Shown here: positions 48,201-60,267 of the stretch, one piece after another
How the letters are laid out: the number at the start of each line of letters is the position of its first letter
Numbering within the stretch: the first letter of the stretch is position 1
Origin: Monocercomonoides exilis PA203
Lineage: Eukaryota > Protista > Preaxostyla
Assembly: GCA_001643675.2 (NCBI GenBank)
Contig: LSRY02000071.1
Span: forward strand, 1 to 64,000
Length of the DNA stretch: 64,000 nucleotides
Direction of reading: 5' to 3'
Position numbers and translations under genes: made by a program
The notes under the pieces: model-generated
Told to the model about the DNA's origin: nothing
Databases searched by the model: none
Seen by the model: only the letters and a program-made list of their open reading frames with translations

Positions 48201-49521
48201 TTGGATATAAATGATTATTTTTGAAATCACGATTTTTTTTCTCCCCCTGAGTGTTGTTTCTTCAAAAGTTTTATTTCTCAGGAAAGTTATTTTTCAGTTG
48301 AATGTTCAATGAATAGCAATTGTTAAATAAGACAGTGTTTGAGATCCCATTCATGAAAAAATTATCTTTGATTGAAGTTTTCAACTTTAAATGTTCATTA
48401 TCAAAATTCAAAGTGAATTTTCAAAACAGAAAATTTTTGAATGAAAAAATATGGATTCAAAAATAATCACCAAAATAATTTCGGAAAATGAGAATCTTTG
48501 CTCAAATAAAAAAAATGTTGATATGATTTTCGGAATATCAGTCACTCACCGAAATAAATATTTCCACTTGTGCAGTGGCAAGGAGGCTTTCTTTCGACTT
48601 TGGATTATTATTATCAATTTCGAATGAAAGTTTTTCGATCTTGGATGATTTTCTTGAGTGTTTCCCACACACAAAATAAGATCAATTATATATTAGCTTG
48701 AACATTTCAACAAATTATTTTCAAAGATCATTCAAAAATAAAAAAGTTTTGTCAGATACGCATTTATTGAAGAATGTTTTGTCATCAAATATCACAGAAA
48801 AACACAACTCACTTCGAAATTATTTTTCAGAAGAATGTGTCATTTGTGAAAAATATTAAATTTTCGAATATATGGGTGATTATTTTTGATGTCATATTAT
48901 ATCTAATTAAATTTTCTGTTTGAATAATTCTCCTTTATATAAACAAAAGAACACTTAAAAGAGAAAAGGCTAGAAAAACATAATCATGATTTTGATTTCT
49001 GCTTTAACATTTGTTTTTTTAAACAGTTGTTATAAAATTCTCAAATAGAATACAAAATCTCTTCCAACCGACAAATGAAAATGAAAAATTGACACCCCGA
49101 AAAAAGTTATGATTTCGAAAAGATATTATCTTTTCGAACAGAAACAAATATCAAATGTTTTCTTTGACAGAACACATCATGGTTATTTAAATATGTGACA
49201 TGTTGTTTTGTATTTGTTTATGTTTTATCACGATTATTTAAAAAAAATCAACTAAAATTTTTCTCGAATCAAAAATTCACTCCAAACCCCACTCTCACAA
49301 ACAAATATCTTGAATATGATATTTTTTTAAATTTATTATTTCAAAAAAATTTTTCATAAAATTAATGAAAAAAATAGAATCAAACATATCATTTCATAAA
49401 ATAATTCTTTTTATTTTTATTTTTTTTTTTAAATAAAATAAAGAAACATAACCAGCAAACAAATTTCAAAAGAGATTAAAAACAATATTTGATTGTTGAT
49501 CCCTGAAGAAGAATAGTGATT

Positions 49522-51213
49522 TCAAGATTTCATATCTTTGATCTCCGCACCAACCATCGACAGCTGCGACAGCGCCACCACAAACACTGACGAAGATATC
49601 ACATAGTCTCCTGAAGAAACACTCGTGGTGATCACAACATCCCCCAATGAGAGTGACCCACCCCCATCAGACACCACAGCCACACTCGGTGAAAAAGGAT
49701 TTGCACTTGAGTTGCAATCAACCTTCATGTGCAATAAACCAAGGTGACCTGTTGACACACTGAATAGCGCTCCTACCGATGAAAGTGCTCCTGTTCCAAT
49801 CGAACTCTCCGTCCTCCCTTTCCCAATAACTGAAATCTTCTTTTCTCCAATTGCAATGGTTGCTGTTTCACTTGTGTGATCCCCTCCCATCAGCGTAACA
49901 GACAGGCTCACCTGGATCACGCTCTTTTCAACAGCGACACCAATGGTTCTGCATGCAGTTGATTCATCCAGTCCACATAATTCTTCTGCGTTTCCTCCAC
50001 TCACTGCCACAAATCGATTGAGAATCCCTCTCTTCAGCCAATCCTTTTTTGATATTTCGTCATATGTCCATTTTTGTTCATTTGCATAATTGTATGCAAA
50101 GCAGATCCTCTTCTCATCTGTGTTTGTGGTGTAACATTCATAAAATGGATTTCCTGATTCCAAATACAGATTGTAATAATCAACATATTCAACGTCATGC
50201 CCACGTGGATTGGCTGCATCCCTGCAGCTGCATTCATGGAAGAACAAAAAATAACAATAAATCACATCATTTTGCGATGCTTGTCTGTATGGATATAACT
50301 CCAATCCTCCTCCCTCTTGCCGTGCTGTACATGAAATAAATTGAATGCTCCTCATTTTGAATTGCGTGATTGGAATGTTTGCACAACGCATTCCTCCTCC
50401 AAGTGTATTTGTAACTGAGCATGAAGTGAAACTGCAGTCAAACATGCATGCACCTTCCCCTTCTCCTTTTTCTGCTTCAATACATCCTGTTCCTGCAAGT
50501 TGGAAATTTTCGAGAAAAAGTCCTCCTCCTGAACCATATGCCTTGCAATTCTGAAATTCACATCCGCTGATTCGAGCACAGGTGGAAATCCCATTCACAT
50601 ACATTCCTCCTCCATATTGATTTTGTGCTGTACAGGCATTGAACACATTATTTTCGATATGCACAGAATTAATTGATAGGCACATAATTCCTCCCCCACG
50701 ACTGAATGCAAAGCAATTATTAAACAGACAATGTGAAACAGAGAGCTCTCCATTTCCCTTGTTGTACATCCAAATTGCACCACCACTCGATATCCCATCT
50801 GTGGTGGAATCAGCTTCTCCTGTTGTCCTCGAACCACTCCATTCGCACCAAGTGAATGAATTAGCTCCATTTTCTGTTTCGTTTTGTCTCCCTGGAGTCA
50901 ACTTTCCATCTGCAGTTCCAGTGCATTCAACATTTCTTGTCCTGCAACACCCAATGAATGATGTGTTTGAAGCTGTCAATGAGGCCAAGGGGTTATTGAG
51001 TGAAGGGACAATTCCGCCATCATATACATCACAGACCGATGAAAATGAGCAGCTGCTCATAAAACTAGACGTTTGATAAAAGGAAGTTGTTAAAACCGAA
51101 CATGCCACATTTGCTGTTGAAATGCTGAAAAATGATAATTTGAAGAGGGATTGTAGGGGTATGGAAGGTGATGAGAAAAATTGGCAAAAAGAGGAAAAGT
51201 GAGATTCTCTCAC
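49522..51213 (-). CDS. Cys-rich beta-helix surface protein-like, copy F (mosaic)
   Basis: 563-aa ORF; N-terminal rungs resemble copy A, C-terminal block near-identical to copy B; ends at IKDMKS. Confidence 0.75.
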   Translation of the reverse strand: MRESHFSSFCQFFSSPSIPLQSLFKLSFFSISTANVACSVLTTSFYQTSSFMSSCSFSSVCDVYDGGIVPSLNNPLASLTASNTSFIGCCRTRNVECTGTADGKLTPGRQNETENGANSFTWCEWSGSRTTGEADSTTDGISSGGAIWMYNKGNGELSVSHCLFNNCFAFSRGGGIMCLSINSVHIENNVFNACTAQNQYGGGMYVNGISTCARISGCEFQNCKAYGSGGGLFLENFQLAGTGCIEAEKGEGEGACMFDCSFTSCSVTNTLGGGMRCANIPITQFKMRSIQFISCTARQEGGGLELYPYRQASQNDVIYCYFLFFHECSCRDAANPRGHDVEYVDYYNLYLESGNPFYECYTTNTDEKRICFAYNYANEQKWTYDEISKKDWLKRGILNRFVAVSGGNAEELCGLDESTACRTIGVAVEKSVIQVSLSVTLMGGDHTSETATIAIGEKKISVIGKGRTESSIGTGALSSVGALFSVSTGHLGLLHMKVDCNSSANPFSPSVAVVSDGGGSLSLGDVVITTSVSSGDYVISSSVFVVALSQLSMVGAEIKDMKS

Positions 51214-52136
51214 TGAAATTCTTCCTTTCCCTTCACTTATTTACCACATGCCTCTTGGCGCCACGAAGCAAAATATCAAAATTAGCTCAAATCCCTTTTC
51301 TTGCCTCTTCCTCTGCTTCTCAAAGGGATATCCATAAGAAGAAAATCATCTTTCCCTTTAACTCCTCTAAATCGAAACGAAATTCCAACGTTCTTCATCA
51401 TTCATCTTTCGACAAATCCTCTTTTTATCTTCGCTTCCCATTTCCTTTCTTCTCTCCACATTCCATTCGCATTTATCGCTTTTGAATAACCACACAAATG
51501 CTCCTATAATCATTAAATAACTGGGGAAAAAAATATAAATTTGTAATTAAATACGAAAGATAATTTTTTAAAACAAAACAAAGCAAAATAAAATAAAATA
51601 TAACAAATAATAAGAAAATTTTTCAAATGAATTTTTTTCACACACTTTTTCTAATTCGTCCTTTCTTCTTCATTTCCTTTTTTTTCCCCCAAAATATAGT
51701 TCCTTTCTGTCAGCAAAATTCATTTGTCCCGCCTCCGTTTCTTTTCTTCTTCTCATAAAAATTATAGCCAAAGCCCAATCCTCGGTTCTGCTTCAAGTGG
51801 AATAACTCCAACAGCTCAAATCGTAAAATTAGGCAATGACGATGATGAATAAAAGGAAGATAAGGAAGACGAAGAAGAGGAAGAAGAAGATGGCGATGAT
51901 AAAGAAGAGGAGGAGGAAGAAAATGAAAAAGAGGAGGATGAAGGTATATATTTTTTTGAAAAAAATATTGATAAAAAAGTTGGTGATGATAAATGCGCTT
52001 TTGGAACAACCCACACAATTATCATAGCCACCAAAGACTCAGCCTCTATCTTTCTGCTCCGAGTTCTTCGTTATCTCAGATATCTGCTCGGAAAAAATAA
52101 CAAGAGAAGGGATGTTGAAAATTAGATTTTTGTAGA

Positions 52137-53969
52137 TTAAAAGTGACATGAAATGAACCGAAGCTGTTGAATCACTTTTTCTCGAGGATAAATAATAAAT
52201 AGGGAGAAGAAAGAATGAGCAAATGAAGATGAGAAGGAAGAAGAAGATGATGAAAGGGCTCCTGTTCCAATCGAACTTGCTTCCCTTCCCTTCCCAACAA
52301 CAATAATCTTCTTTGATCCAATCTCAACTGTTGTTGCCTCATTTTGATGATTCCCTTCCATCAGCGTGATTGTCAAACTAATCTGCACCTCACACATCTC
52401 AAACGCTTTCTTCACTGTTTTGCATGGATTTGATTCATTTACCCCGCAAAGTGGAGATGTATCATTCCCACTCACAGAAACATAAATTGTCTTGTCCTTC
52501 AGCCAATCCTTCTTTTCCGTGTGCTGATATGTCCAAGCACTTGCACTTGCATAATTGTATGCATAGCACACTCTCTGGTCATTTGTGTTTGTGGTGTAGC
52601 ATTCATAAAATGGGTTTGAGTGCAAATGTGAACTGTAATAGTCCACGTAATACACATCGTGTCCATATGGTGTTGAAGTTGTTCTGCATTTGCATTCATG
52701 GAAGAAAAGAAAATAACAATAAATCACATCATTCTGCGATGTTTGTCTGTATGGTTCCATATGCAGCCCTCCTCCCCTTGTCATTGCAGAACATGAAATG
52801 AACTGAATGCTCCTCATTTTGAATTGTGTCGCAGGAACAGTTTTACAAAACATTCCCCCACCTCCATTGTTTGTTATTGAGCATGAAGTGAAACTGCAGT
52901 CAAACACACACGCACTCTCCCCTCCTCCTTTTTCAGCTCCAACGCATCCTTGCTCCGAAACCTGAAAATTATCAAGATCAAGACCTCCTCCCCAGCCATA
53001 AGCAGAACATTTTCGAAATTCACATCCGCTGATCCGAACACATGATGAAATTAATACAACATACAATCCCCCTCCGGCATTGTTTTGAGCATTGCAAGCG
53101 TTGAATAAATTGTTTGTTATATCAACTGACTTGGTTGAACGGCACATGATTCCGCCTCCGCCATAATATGCATAGCAGTCGTTGAATGCACAATGAGAAA
53201 CTGTCAGTTCTCCTGAATTGAGGTTAAACATTCGAATTGCTCCACCGTTAGAAGCTTCATCTGCGTAATCATCTTTGCTTCCGTTTGCCTTCGATCCGTT
53301 CCACTCACACCAAGTGAATGAATTTGCTATATTCTCTGTAATGCTCTGTCTCCCTGGAGTCAACTTTCTGTCCGATGTTCCTTCACATACAACGTTTCTT
53401 GTCCGACAACACCCGATGAATGAAGTGTTTGAAGCTGTCAATGAAGCCAAGGGGTTGTTGAGGGAATGAACAATTCCTCCATCATATGCATCATTAACAG
53501 ATGAGAATGAGCAGCTACTCATAAAACATGAGGTTTGGGTTGACGTAGTTGTTGAAGGCGAGCACGCATCATTTGCTGTTGAAATATTGAAAAATGTCAG
53601 GTGAGAGAGGGATACAAGGGGAATTGAAGGGGATGAGAGGAATGGGGCTGATGAGACACAAAAAGAAGAGAAGTGTGATTCACTCACCGAAATACTCCCT
53701 TCAATGCCTTCTCCATCTCCTTCTCTTCCTCTTCCTCTATCTCTTCCTCTTTCTCCTTCTTCTCCTCCTTTTTCTTCACCTCCACCCTTCTCCCTTCCAT
53801 ATCCCTTCCCTCCAAACAGCCTTCCAGAGTAAATCTCCCCCCCTCTTCTCCACCCTTTCAATGTGATGTTTGTCAACGCCCCAATGCTCCCACTCACATC
53901 AAATGCCCCTCCCTCAACATCCTTCTCCATTCCCACAACAAACTTTTCATCCCCTTCCATTTTTCTCAC
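52137..53969 (-). CDS. Cys-rich beta-helix surface protein-like, copy G
   Basis: 610-aa ORF; N-terminus and ~600 bp upstream nearly the same as copy B; C-terminal module of the C/D/E type. Confidence 0.75.
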   Translation of the reverse strand: MRKMEGDEKFVVGMEKDVEGGAFDVSGSIGALTNITLKGWRRGGEIYSGRLFGGKGYGREKGGGEEKGGEEGERGRDRGRGREGDGEGIEGSISVSESHFSSFCVSSAPFLSSPSIPLVSLSHLTFFNISTANDACSPSTTTSTQTSCFMSSCSFSSVNDAYDGGIVHSLNNPLASLTASNTSFIGCCRTRNVVCEGTSDRKLTPGRQSITENIANSFTWCEWNGSKANGSKDDYADEASNGGAIRMFNLNSGELTVSHCAFNDCYAYYGGGGIMCRSTKSVDITNNLFNACNAQNNAGGGLYVVLISSCVRISGCEFRKCSAYGWGGGLDLDNFQVSEQGCVGAEKGGGESACVFDCSFTSCSITNNGGGGMFCKTVPATQFKMRSIQFISCSAMTRGGGLHMEPYRQTSQNDVIYCYFLFFHECKCRTTSTPYGHDVYYVDYYSSHLHSNPFYECYTTNTNDQRVCYAYNYASASAWTYQHTEKKDWLKDKTIYVSVSGNDTSPLCGVNESNPCKTVKKAFEMCEVQISLTITLMEGNHQNEATTVEIGSKKIIVVGKGREASSIGTGALSSSSSSFSSSFAHSFFSLFIIYPREKVIQQLRFISCHF

Positions 53970-54693
53970 TCTTCTTCAAATGCTCCTCAAAACATTCGAT
54001 CTTCAAATTCCTTTTTCCTCTTATTTCCCTCCTTTCATTCCTTTTCAATCTGTTTTCTTATTAATGCCTTCTTCTTCTCAACTATTTCTCAAATTTCTCC
54101 TTCTGCCATTTCTTCAATTTCTCTTCTCTCTATCTTTTATCGCTTCCCCTCCCCCTTTTCAAAATACCTTTTCCATTTCGCAAATCCCTTCTTTTCCATC
54201 CATTTCATATGTTTCCCTTTGCTCACTCATCCATGCCCATTCCATTTCCTGCCTTCTGCCATCTTCCCGGGATTGCCTCAAAATCCATCTTTTCTCATAT
54301 CTTGCGCTTTTATCAGATGAAGATATTCTTCCAAAAAGATCCTAATTTCAAATAAAAATATATATTAGAAAATTTTGATAAAATGTTATTTCTTTTATTA
54401 AAAATAAAAAAATATGAATTCAAACCTTGTATAATCTCCATTCTTCATTGTTTCTGTTCTTCTTCTTTCTTCTTCTCAAAATATCGTCCTTTCTGCAAAA
54501 GCACTCATTTCCCCTCATCTCATTCTTCCATCATTCAATCAACAGCTTTGTATCTCTTCTGCTCCTCCAAAAATAAACATCCCATTTCCATTCTCCTGTT
54601 CTGCTTCCATTCGAATTGCTCCTTCAACTTGTGCTTTCATAAAATAGGCGAGGACGACTCAGAAGATGAAGAAGTGGAAGATGATGATAATTG

Positions 54694-56175
54694 TTAAGAA
54701 GAACAAATAGAATGAAAAAATGAAATTGACAAATTAAGAGGAGTAAATGATGGCGAAGAAGGCGAATATGGAGATAAAGGCGAAGAAGACGAAGAATACG
54801 AATTCGCTTCTGTTCCATTCGAACTTTTCTCAATGCCTGCCCCAACAACAATAATCTTTTTTGTTCCAATTTCAATTGTTGCTGTCTCACTTATGTGATT
54901 CCCGCCCATCAGTGTGACTGACAGACTCACCTGGATCTTGCTCTTATCAACTGCAACACCAATGGTTCTGCATGCACTTGACTCATCCAATCCACACAAC
55001 TCTTCTTCGCCTCCACCACTCACTGCCACAAACCGGTTGAGAATCCCTCTCTTCAGCCAATTCCACTTTTCTGTGTGCTGATGAGACCAGGCACCTGCAT
55101 TCGAGTAGTTGTATGCATAGCACATTCTCTGTTCATTCGTGTTTGTGGTGTAACATTCATAGAACGGATTTCCTGAATTCAAATAGACATTGAAAGAATC
55201 AACGTATTCAACATCATGTCCATACGGAGTAGAGGTTGTTCTGCATTTGCATTCATGAAAGAACAAAAAATAACAATAAATTTTATCATCTGGTGCTGTT
55301 GCTTGATTTGGATAAAAATACAATCCTCCACCTGCTGACGTTGCTGAACATGAAATGAACTGAATGCTCCTCATTTTGAATGCTGTAGGAATATTGTAGC
55401 AATACATACCTCCACCCCAACTGTTCGTAAGTGAACATGAAGTGAAACTGCAGTCAAACACACACGCACTCTCCCCTTCTCCATTTTCTTCTCCAATGCA
55501 TCCTTCTGAAACCTGGAAATTCTCAAGAAAAAGTCCTCCTCCTCGTTCTTTTGCTTTGCAATTTTGAAAGTCACATTTGCTGATCCGAACACATGTTGAA
55601 ATAATATAAACACATATCCCTCCCCCAACATTCACTTGAGCTGAACATGAATTGAAATAGTTGCTTTCAATTTCAACCGATTTTATGTTTGCACACATGA
55701 TTCCCCCTCCATCAAAGAAAGCATTGCAGTTGTTGAAAGAGCAGTGCTTAATTGAAACAGTGGCATTTGATTGACCATACATGCAGATGGCCCCTCCATT
55801 TGAAGCAACATCGGTGTAATCATTGTTTGTTCCTGTTGTCCTCGATCCGTTCCACTCGCACCAAGTGAATGAGTTTGCTCCATTGAATGTTTCATTCTGT
55901 CTCCCTGGAGTCAATTTTCTATCTGCATTTCCTTCACATACAACATTCCTTGTTCGACAACACCCAATAAATGAAGTGTTTGAGGCAGTTAGAGAAGCCA
56001 AGGGGTTGTTCAAAGAATGAACAATCCCGCCATCATATGCATCACAGACTGATGAGAATGAACAGCTGTTCATAAGATATGAGGTTTGGGTTGACATAGT
56101 TGCTGGGGATGGATAATCTGTGGATTCCGTTGACATGTTGAAAAATGTCAAATGAAAGAGGGATATAAGGGGCAT
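54694..56175 (-). CDS. Cys-rich beta-helix surface protein-like, copy H
   Basis: 493-aa ORF with family motifs; upstream ~56395-57120 closely matches ~32735-33430 upstream of copy D. Confidence 0.75.
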   Translation of the reverse strand: MPLISLFHLTFFNMSTESTDYPSPATMSTQTSYLMNSCSFSSVCDAYDGGIVHSLNNPLASLTASNTSFIGCCRTRNVVCEGNADRKLTPGRQNETFNGANSFTWCEWNGSRTTGTNNDYTDVASNGGAICMYGQSNATVSIKHCSFNNCNAFFDGGGIMCANIKSVEIESNYFNSCSAQVNVGGGICVYIISTCVRISKCDFQNCKAKERGGGLFLENFQVSEGCIGEENGEGESACVFDCSFTSCSLTNSWGGGMYCYNIPTAFKMRSIQFISCSATSAGGGLYFYPNQATAPDDKIYCYFLFFHECKCRTTSTPYGHDVEYVDSFNVYLNSGNPFYECYTTNTNEQRMCYAYNYSNAGAWSHQHTEKWNWLKRGILNRFVAVSGGGEEELCGLDESSACRTIGVAVDKSKIQVSLSVTLMGGNHISETATIEIGTKKIIVVGAGIEKSSNGTEANSYSSSSSPLSPYSPSSPSFTPLNLSISFFHSICSS

Positions 56176-57329
56176 GAAAGGCGATGAGAAAAAATTGGCA
56201 AAAAGATGAGAATTGTTATTCGCTTACTGAAATTCTTTCTTCAACGCAACCTTCTCTTCTCAACGCCTTTAGCACAACGTTGCAAAATATCTCAATATGA
56301 TTGTATCATTTTTTCTGCTTCTTCTTCCCCTTCTGATCATCATGGCTTCCCCTCATCTCTTTTTTGCCTTTTGTTTCAATTTTCTTCCTTCTTTCCATAT
56401 TCCATTCGCATTCTTCGCTTTTGAATATTCATGCAAAAGTCCCTATTATCATTAAAAAAAATAAAGAAAAAATATAAAAAAATACATAAAATTGATATTA
56501 AAAATATCACAAATCAGTACCATTTTCTTTTTTCAATCTTCTTCCTTTTCTTCTTCTTCCTTTTTTCTTTTCTTCTTCTCTAATTTTTTTCAAATTTCTT
56601 CTTCAGCCATTTCTTCTATTTTCCGATTATCCTTTTCTGTTGCTTTCTCTCCTTCTTTTTCAAAATTCAACATAAATCTTCAAAGCCCTCAGCTTGCATT
56701 CATTTCATTTAATACCTCTGGCTTATTCATCTATATTCTAAAAAAATTGTCATTGCCTGCTTTCTGAAAAGCATCAAATATGCTCTTTTTCCCATGTTCA
56801 TTCGTTGCCTGAAAATGTCCTTCCGTAAATCTTAATCCCTCAAAATAAATAAATAAATATTTGAAAAAATTGGAGGAAAAAAAAATAATACAAAACAAAC
56901 TCTGAAATATATTTATTGCCAATCTTCACACACTTTCTTCTTCTTCGAGCGCCTCTCAAAATATTGTCCTTTTCTGCCAACAACACCCAGCTGATCTGTC
57001 TCCGCTGCCAATCTCAACATCAATGAAAGTGATTCTGTTCTGCTTCCAACAACTTGCTTTATTTCCAATCCTCGGCACTGATTCCGCTCGAATAACACAC
57101 AAATAATAAAAATCCTTCAATATAATTTTTAATGAAGAAGAAGAAGATAATGACAGCAATGATGGCAATGACAGAGATGAAGATGATGAAGATGGTGAAT
57201 GCGATGTTATTGTCAAGTTTGAATACTATGTGTCTTCTGTCAGAAGATATCTTCAGCATCGCAACCTCGTTCTCTGCTCTTGTGAATAACGTTTCAATGA
57301 TAGAAGGCTGAAGACAAAGGTTAAATGAC

Positions 57330-57900
57330 TCAAATCCATTTTACCTATCATTTGCCTCCAGCTGCTTGTATTACGCCAAATTGTCTGTTTTCCTCTTATT
57401 TTCGCCTCTCAAGCCAAGTAATCTAATCCAGTTCCATCGCTCCCCCCGGTCCATAAAATCAATGTCTTGCCCTTCTCATCCCAAGAAACGCGCCTTGTCC
57501 TGCTCTAGCTGCCTCCAAAGTCCTTTTACACTCATCTGCTCAATCTCCCCAATAAAATTTTTTCTGAAAATGTCCTCTTCCTCTTTTTAAAAAAAAGGCA
57601 GCCTTTTCATAGAGATTGGCTATTCTTCCTTTTTTGTCTTGGACATCTTCCAATCCCGTCGATTTCTGCTCCATCAATATTCATTTTTCATCGAATTTCT
57701 ATCCATCGCGCATGTTGAGTCCATTATAAGTCACATAAACATTTATGATAAAATACATTCAGGCTCTAATAATATATTTGTAAGATAACATTTGTCTCGC
57801 TTCCTCGTTGTTCTCCTCTGCATGGAATAAATCGTCCATTTTAAATAAATTGACTGAATCACGACTTTGGAGAGGATACGGACGATAACATCTTCACAAT
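57330..57900 (-). pseudogene. Decayed upstream ORF module (third copy)
   Basis: DNA similar to 34090-34640 (e.g. tttctatccatcgcgcatgttgagtcca, aagtcacataaa). Confidence 0.55.
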
Positions 57901-60267
57901 CAACAGAACAATATAAAATACATACATCGAAAATTCTTCATTTCCATCGAAAATATTGTTGCTCCACAGCATTCCAACAATCAAAATAAACAATTTCATC
58001 TTCCATCAAGCAGATATTCTTTTGTAATACCCAACCTTTTCACTGGAAATATTTCACTTAGTCAACCTGCCTTTGTTTTAGCTTCGGAATCTGTCCCCGT
58101 TGGCAGTTTCTGAGCATTTGGCAAAACTTGATCATTTTCCATAACGAATTAGAGCCACAAAAGAAAAGAAAGTCCTACTCGATGTGTCGTTGCTGAACGG
58201 GCATATGAAGACAATGCGATAACAAAAGGATGGATTTGTGGTATGGGGTGATGAAGTTGAGTTTTTGGAGGAAGCAGGGTTTTGGAGGGGGAAAGGAACG
58301 ATAAAAGAATATTTTTTGGAGGGAGAAAGAGGCATTTTTGTGAGATTTAAGAGGCAAAATGGATGTGCGGGAGATGGATTGGGATGAGGTTGGGAGGGGT
58401 TGTTGTTGAGATTTTTGCGAGTTGGAATGAGTTGGAGGGATGTTTGTTATTTGAGAAATGGAATTTGTTGTTGAGGAGGTGGGGCGAGGGGGAAGATAAG
58501 AAGGGCGGAAGATGAGTGGAGTGAATGGAATATTTATTGGAGGAGAGGATGAGGGATGGAGAGATATGGGGAGGAGATGTTTTTTTATTTTCAAATGTAG
58601 AGAGAGAGAGGAGGGTTCATATGAGGCGGAACAAGAGGGAGAGTATTTGTGGATGTACAAGTAGAGGGGGAAATGGGGTTGAAGAAGAAGAAAAACGAAA
58701 GAAAAATTTTCTTCATATTTTTATATAATTTATTTTGTGAACCGTTTGGTCGCGCCTCTCATTTGCAGGGCAAGGGATGGAGGCAGAGGTGGAGGAAGAC
58801 GGGAAGAAGGAACATCAGCGCTGGCACTTTGCATTGGAGGTGTGGAGGCAGAGGAAGATGAGGAGCTGACTACGAAAGGGTGTCTTGCAATGGAAAGAGA
58901 CAGAAAAAGGATGGAGGTATTTATTTTTTTATTGGTTGGAAGAAGGGCAATGGGAGCTGGGGAGGACATGGATTGTGATATTTGGTGGAGTGGTATTGTT
59001 GTTGTTTTGAGGGGAAATGGAGAGAAGAAGAAGACAATTGAGTGGAAAGAGATGGGAAGGGGTTCTTTGGATAGAATCTTCTTCATTGCTTGTTTTTTAT
59101 AGAACGGAGTTTGTGAAGGTTATTTGAGTGGAAGCAGAACAGAGGATTGAGCTTTTGTTAATATTTTAAAAAGAAGAAGAAAGAAAAAGTCAGCGAAAGG
59201 CGGTCATTGCGAAAGATATAGGTTTGCATTTTTTTATTAATATTTTTTATCAAATGTTATTTTTTATTAATGAAATTAGGTTTTTTCACAGGACTGCTCG
59301 ATGGCAATGAATGAACGTGGGATGTGGAAAAAGAGGATGTTGGATGCATTAAAAGAAGTCAGGATATGACAATTGCAGAACGTTGAGTGAAATGAGCGGG
59401 CGCAAAATGCAAATGAATGAAATGAAAAGAAGATTAAAAAATTTTAGAAGGTTTTGGAAGACATATAGGACGAATCTTGTTAAAAGCCAAAAATGAGATC
59501 AAGGAATTGATGATACAGCAGAAGAAGAAATTTGATTAAAATTCGAGAAGAAGAAAAAGAAGCTGAAGCTGAAGCAGAAGATAGGGAAAAGAAAAAGAGA
59601 TGAAGAAGGAAAACAAGAGGAATTAGAAGAATGAATTTTTTTTTTTTTTTTTTTTGGAACATCCGAAGAAGAGCTGAAAGAAGGGAATGAATGGGAAATA
59701 TGAATTAAGGGAGGATATGAAGAAGAAAAAAGAGAAAAGAGATTTTGGAGAAAAATAGAGGAAAGTCAGTTCAACAAAGAATTATTCAAAAAAGGAGAAA
59801 GGAATGCTCCTCGGAATATAAACCAAAAGGGATATCTTTATGGATGGAGATTGCAGCATGTTTTGTTTTTGTTGGAGATGATGGAAGGGATGAGGGGACA
59901 AGGAATACGATGATTCTTTGAGAAAAGTGAGCGAGAGAAAAGGAAAACAAAGGTATGACATTTTTATTGGTGATATTATTTGACCTATTTTTAATATGAT
60001 TTATTGTTTTTTCTTTTTATTTGTTTGAACAAAATTGTTTTTGCTGGCGTTTTCGTAAAACTTCAAGGGAGTGAAATTACATCAAACGATAGAAAGTGAA
60101 GGTCAATGGCGGAATTAGCTTGAGAAAAAGCTATATAGGATCATTAATTATAAAAATGCATTGACAGCGAAGGTCTGTTATATATTTTTTATGAGATTCA
60201 TCACATATGCAGCAGAAAGGGACAAGAAAAGGGTTGTAAGATTTTTGGAGTCATAAGAAATATTTTA

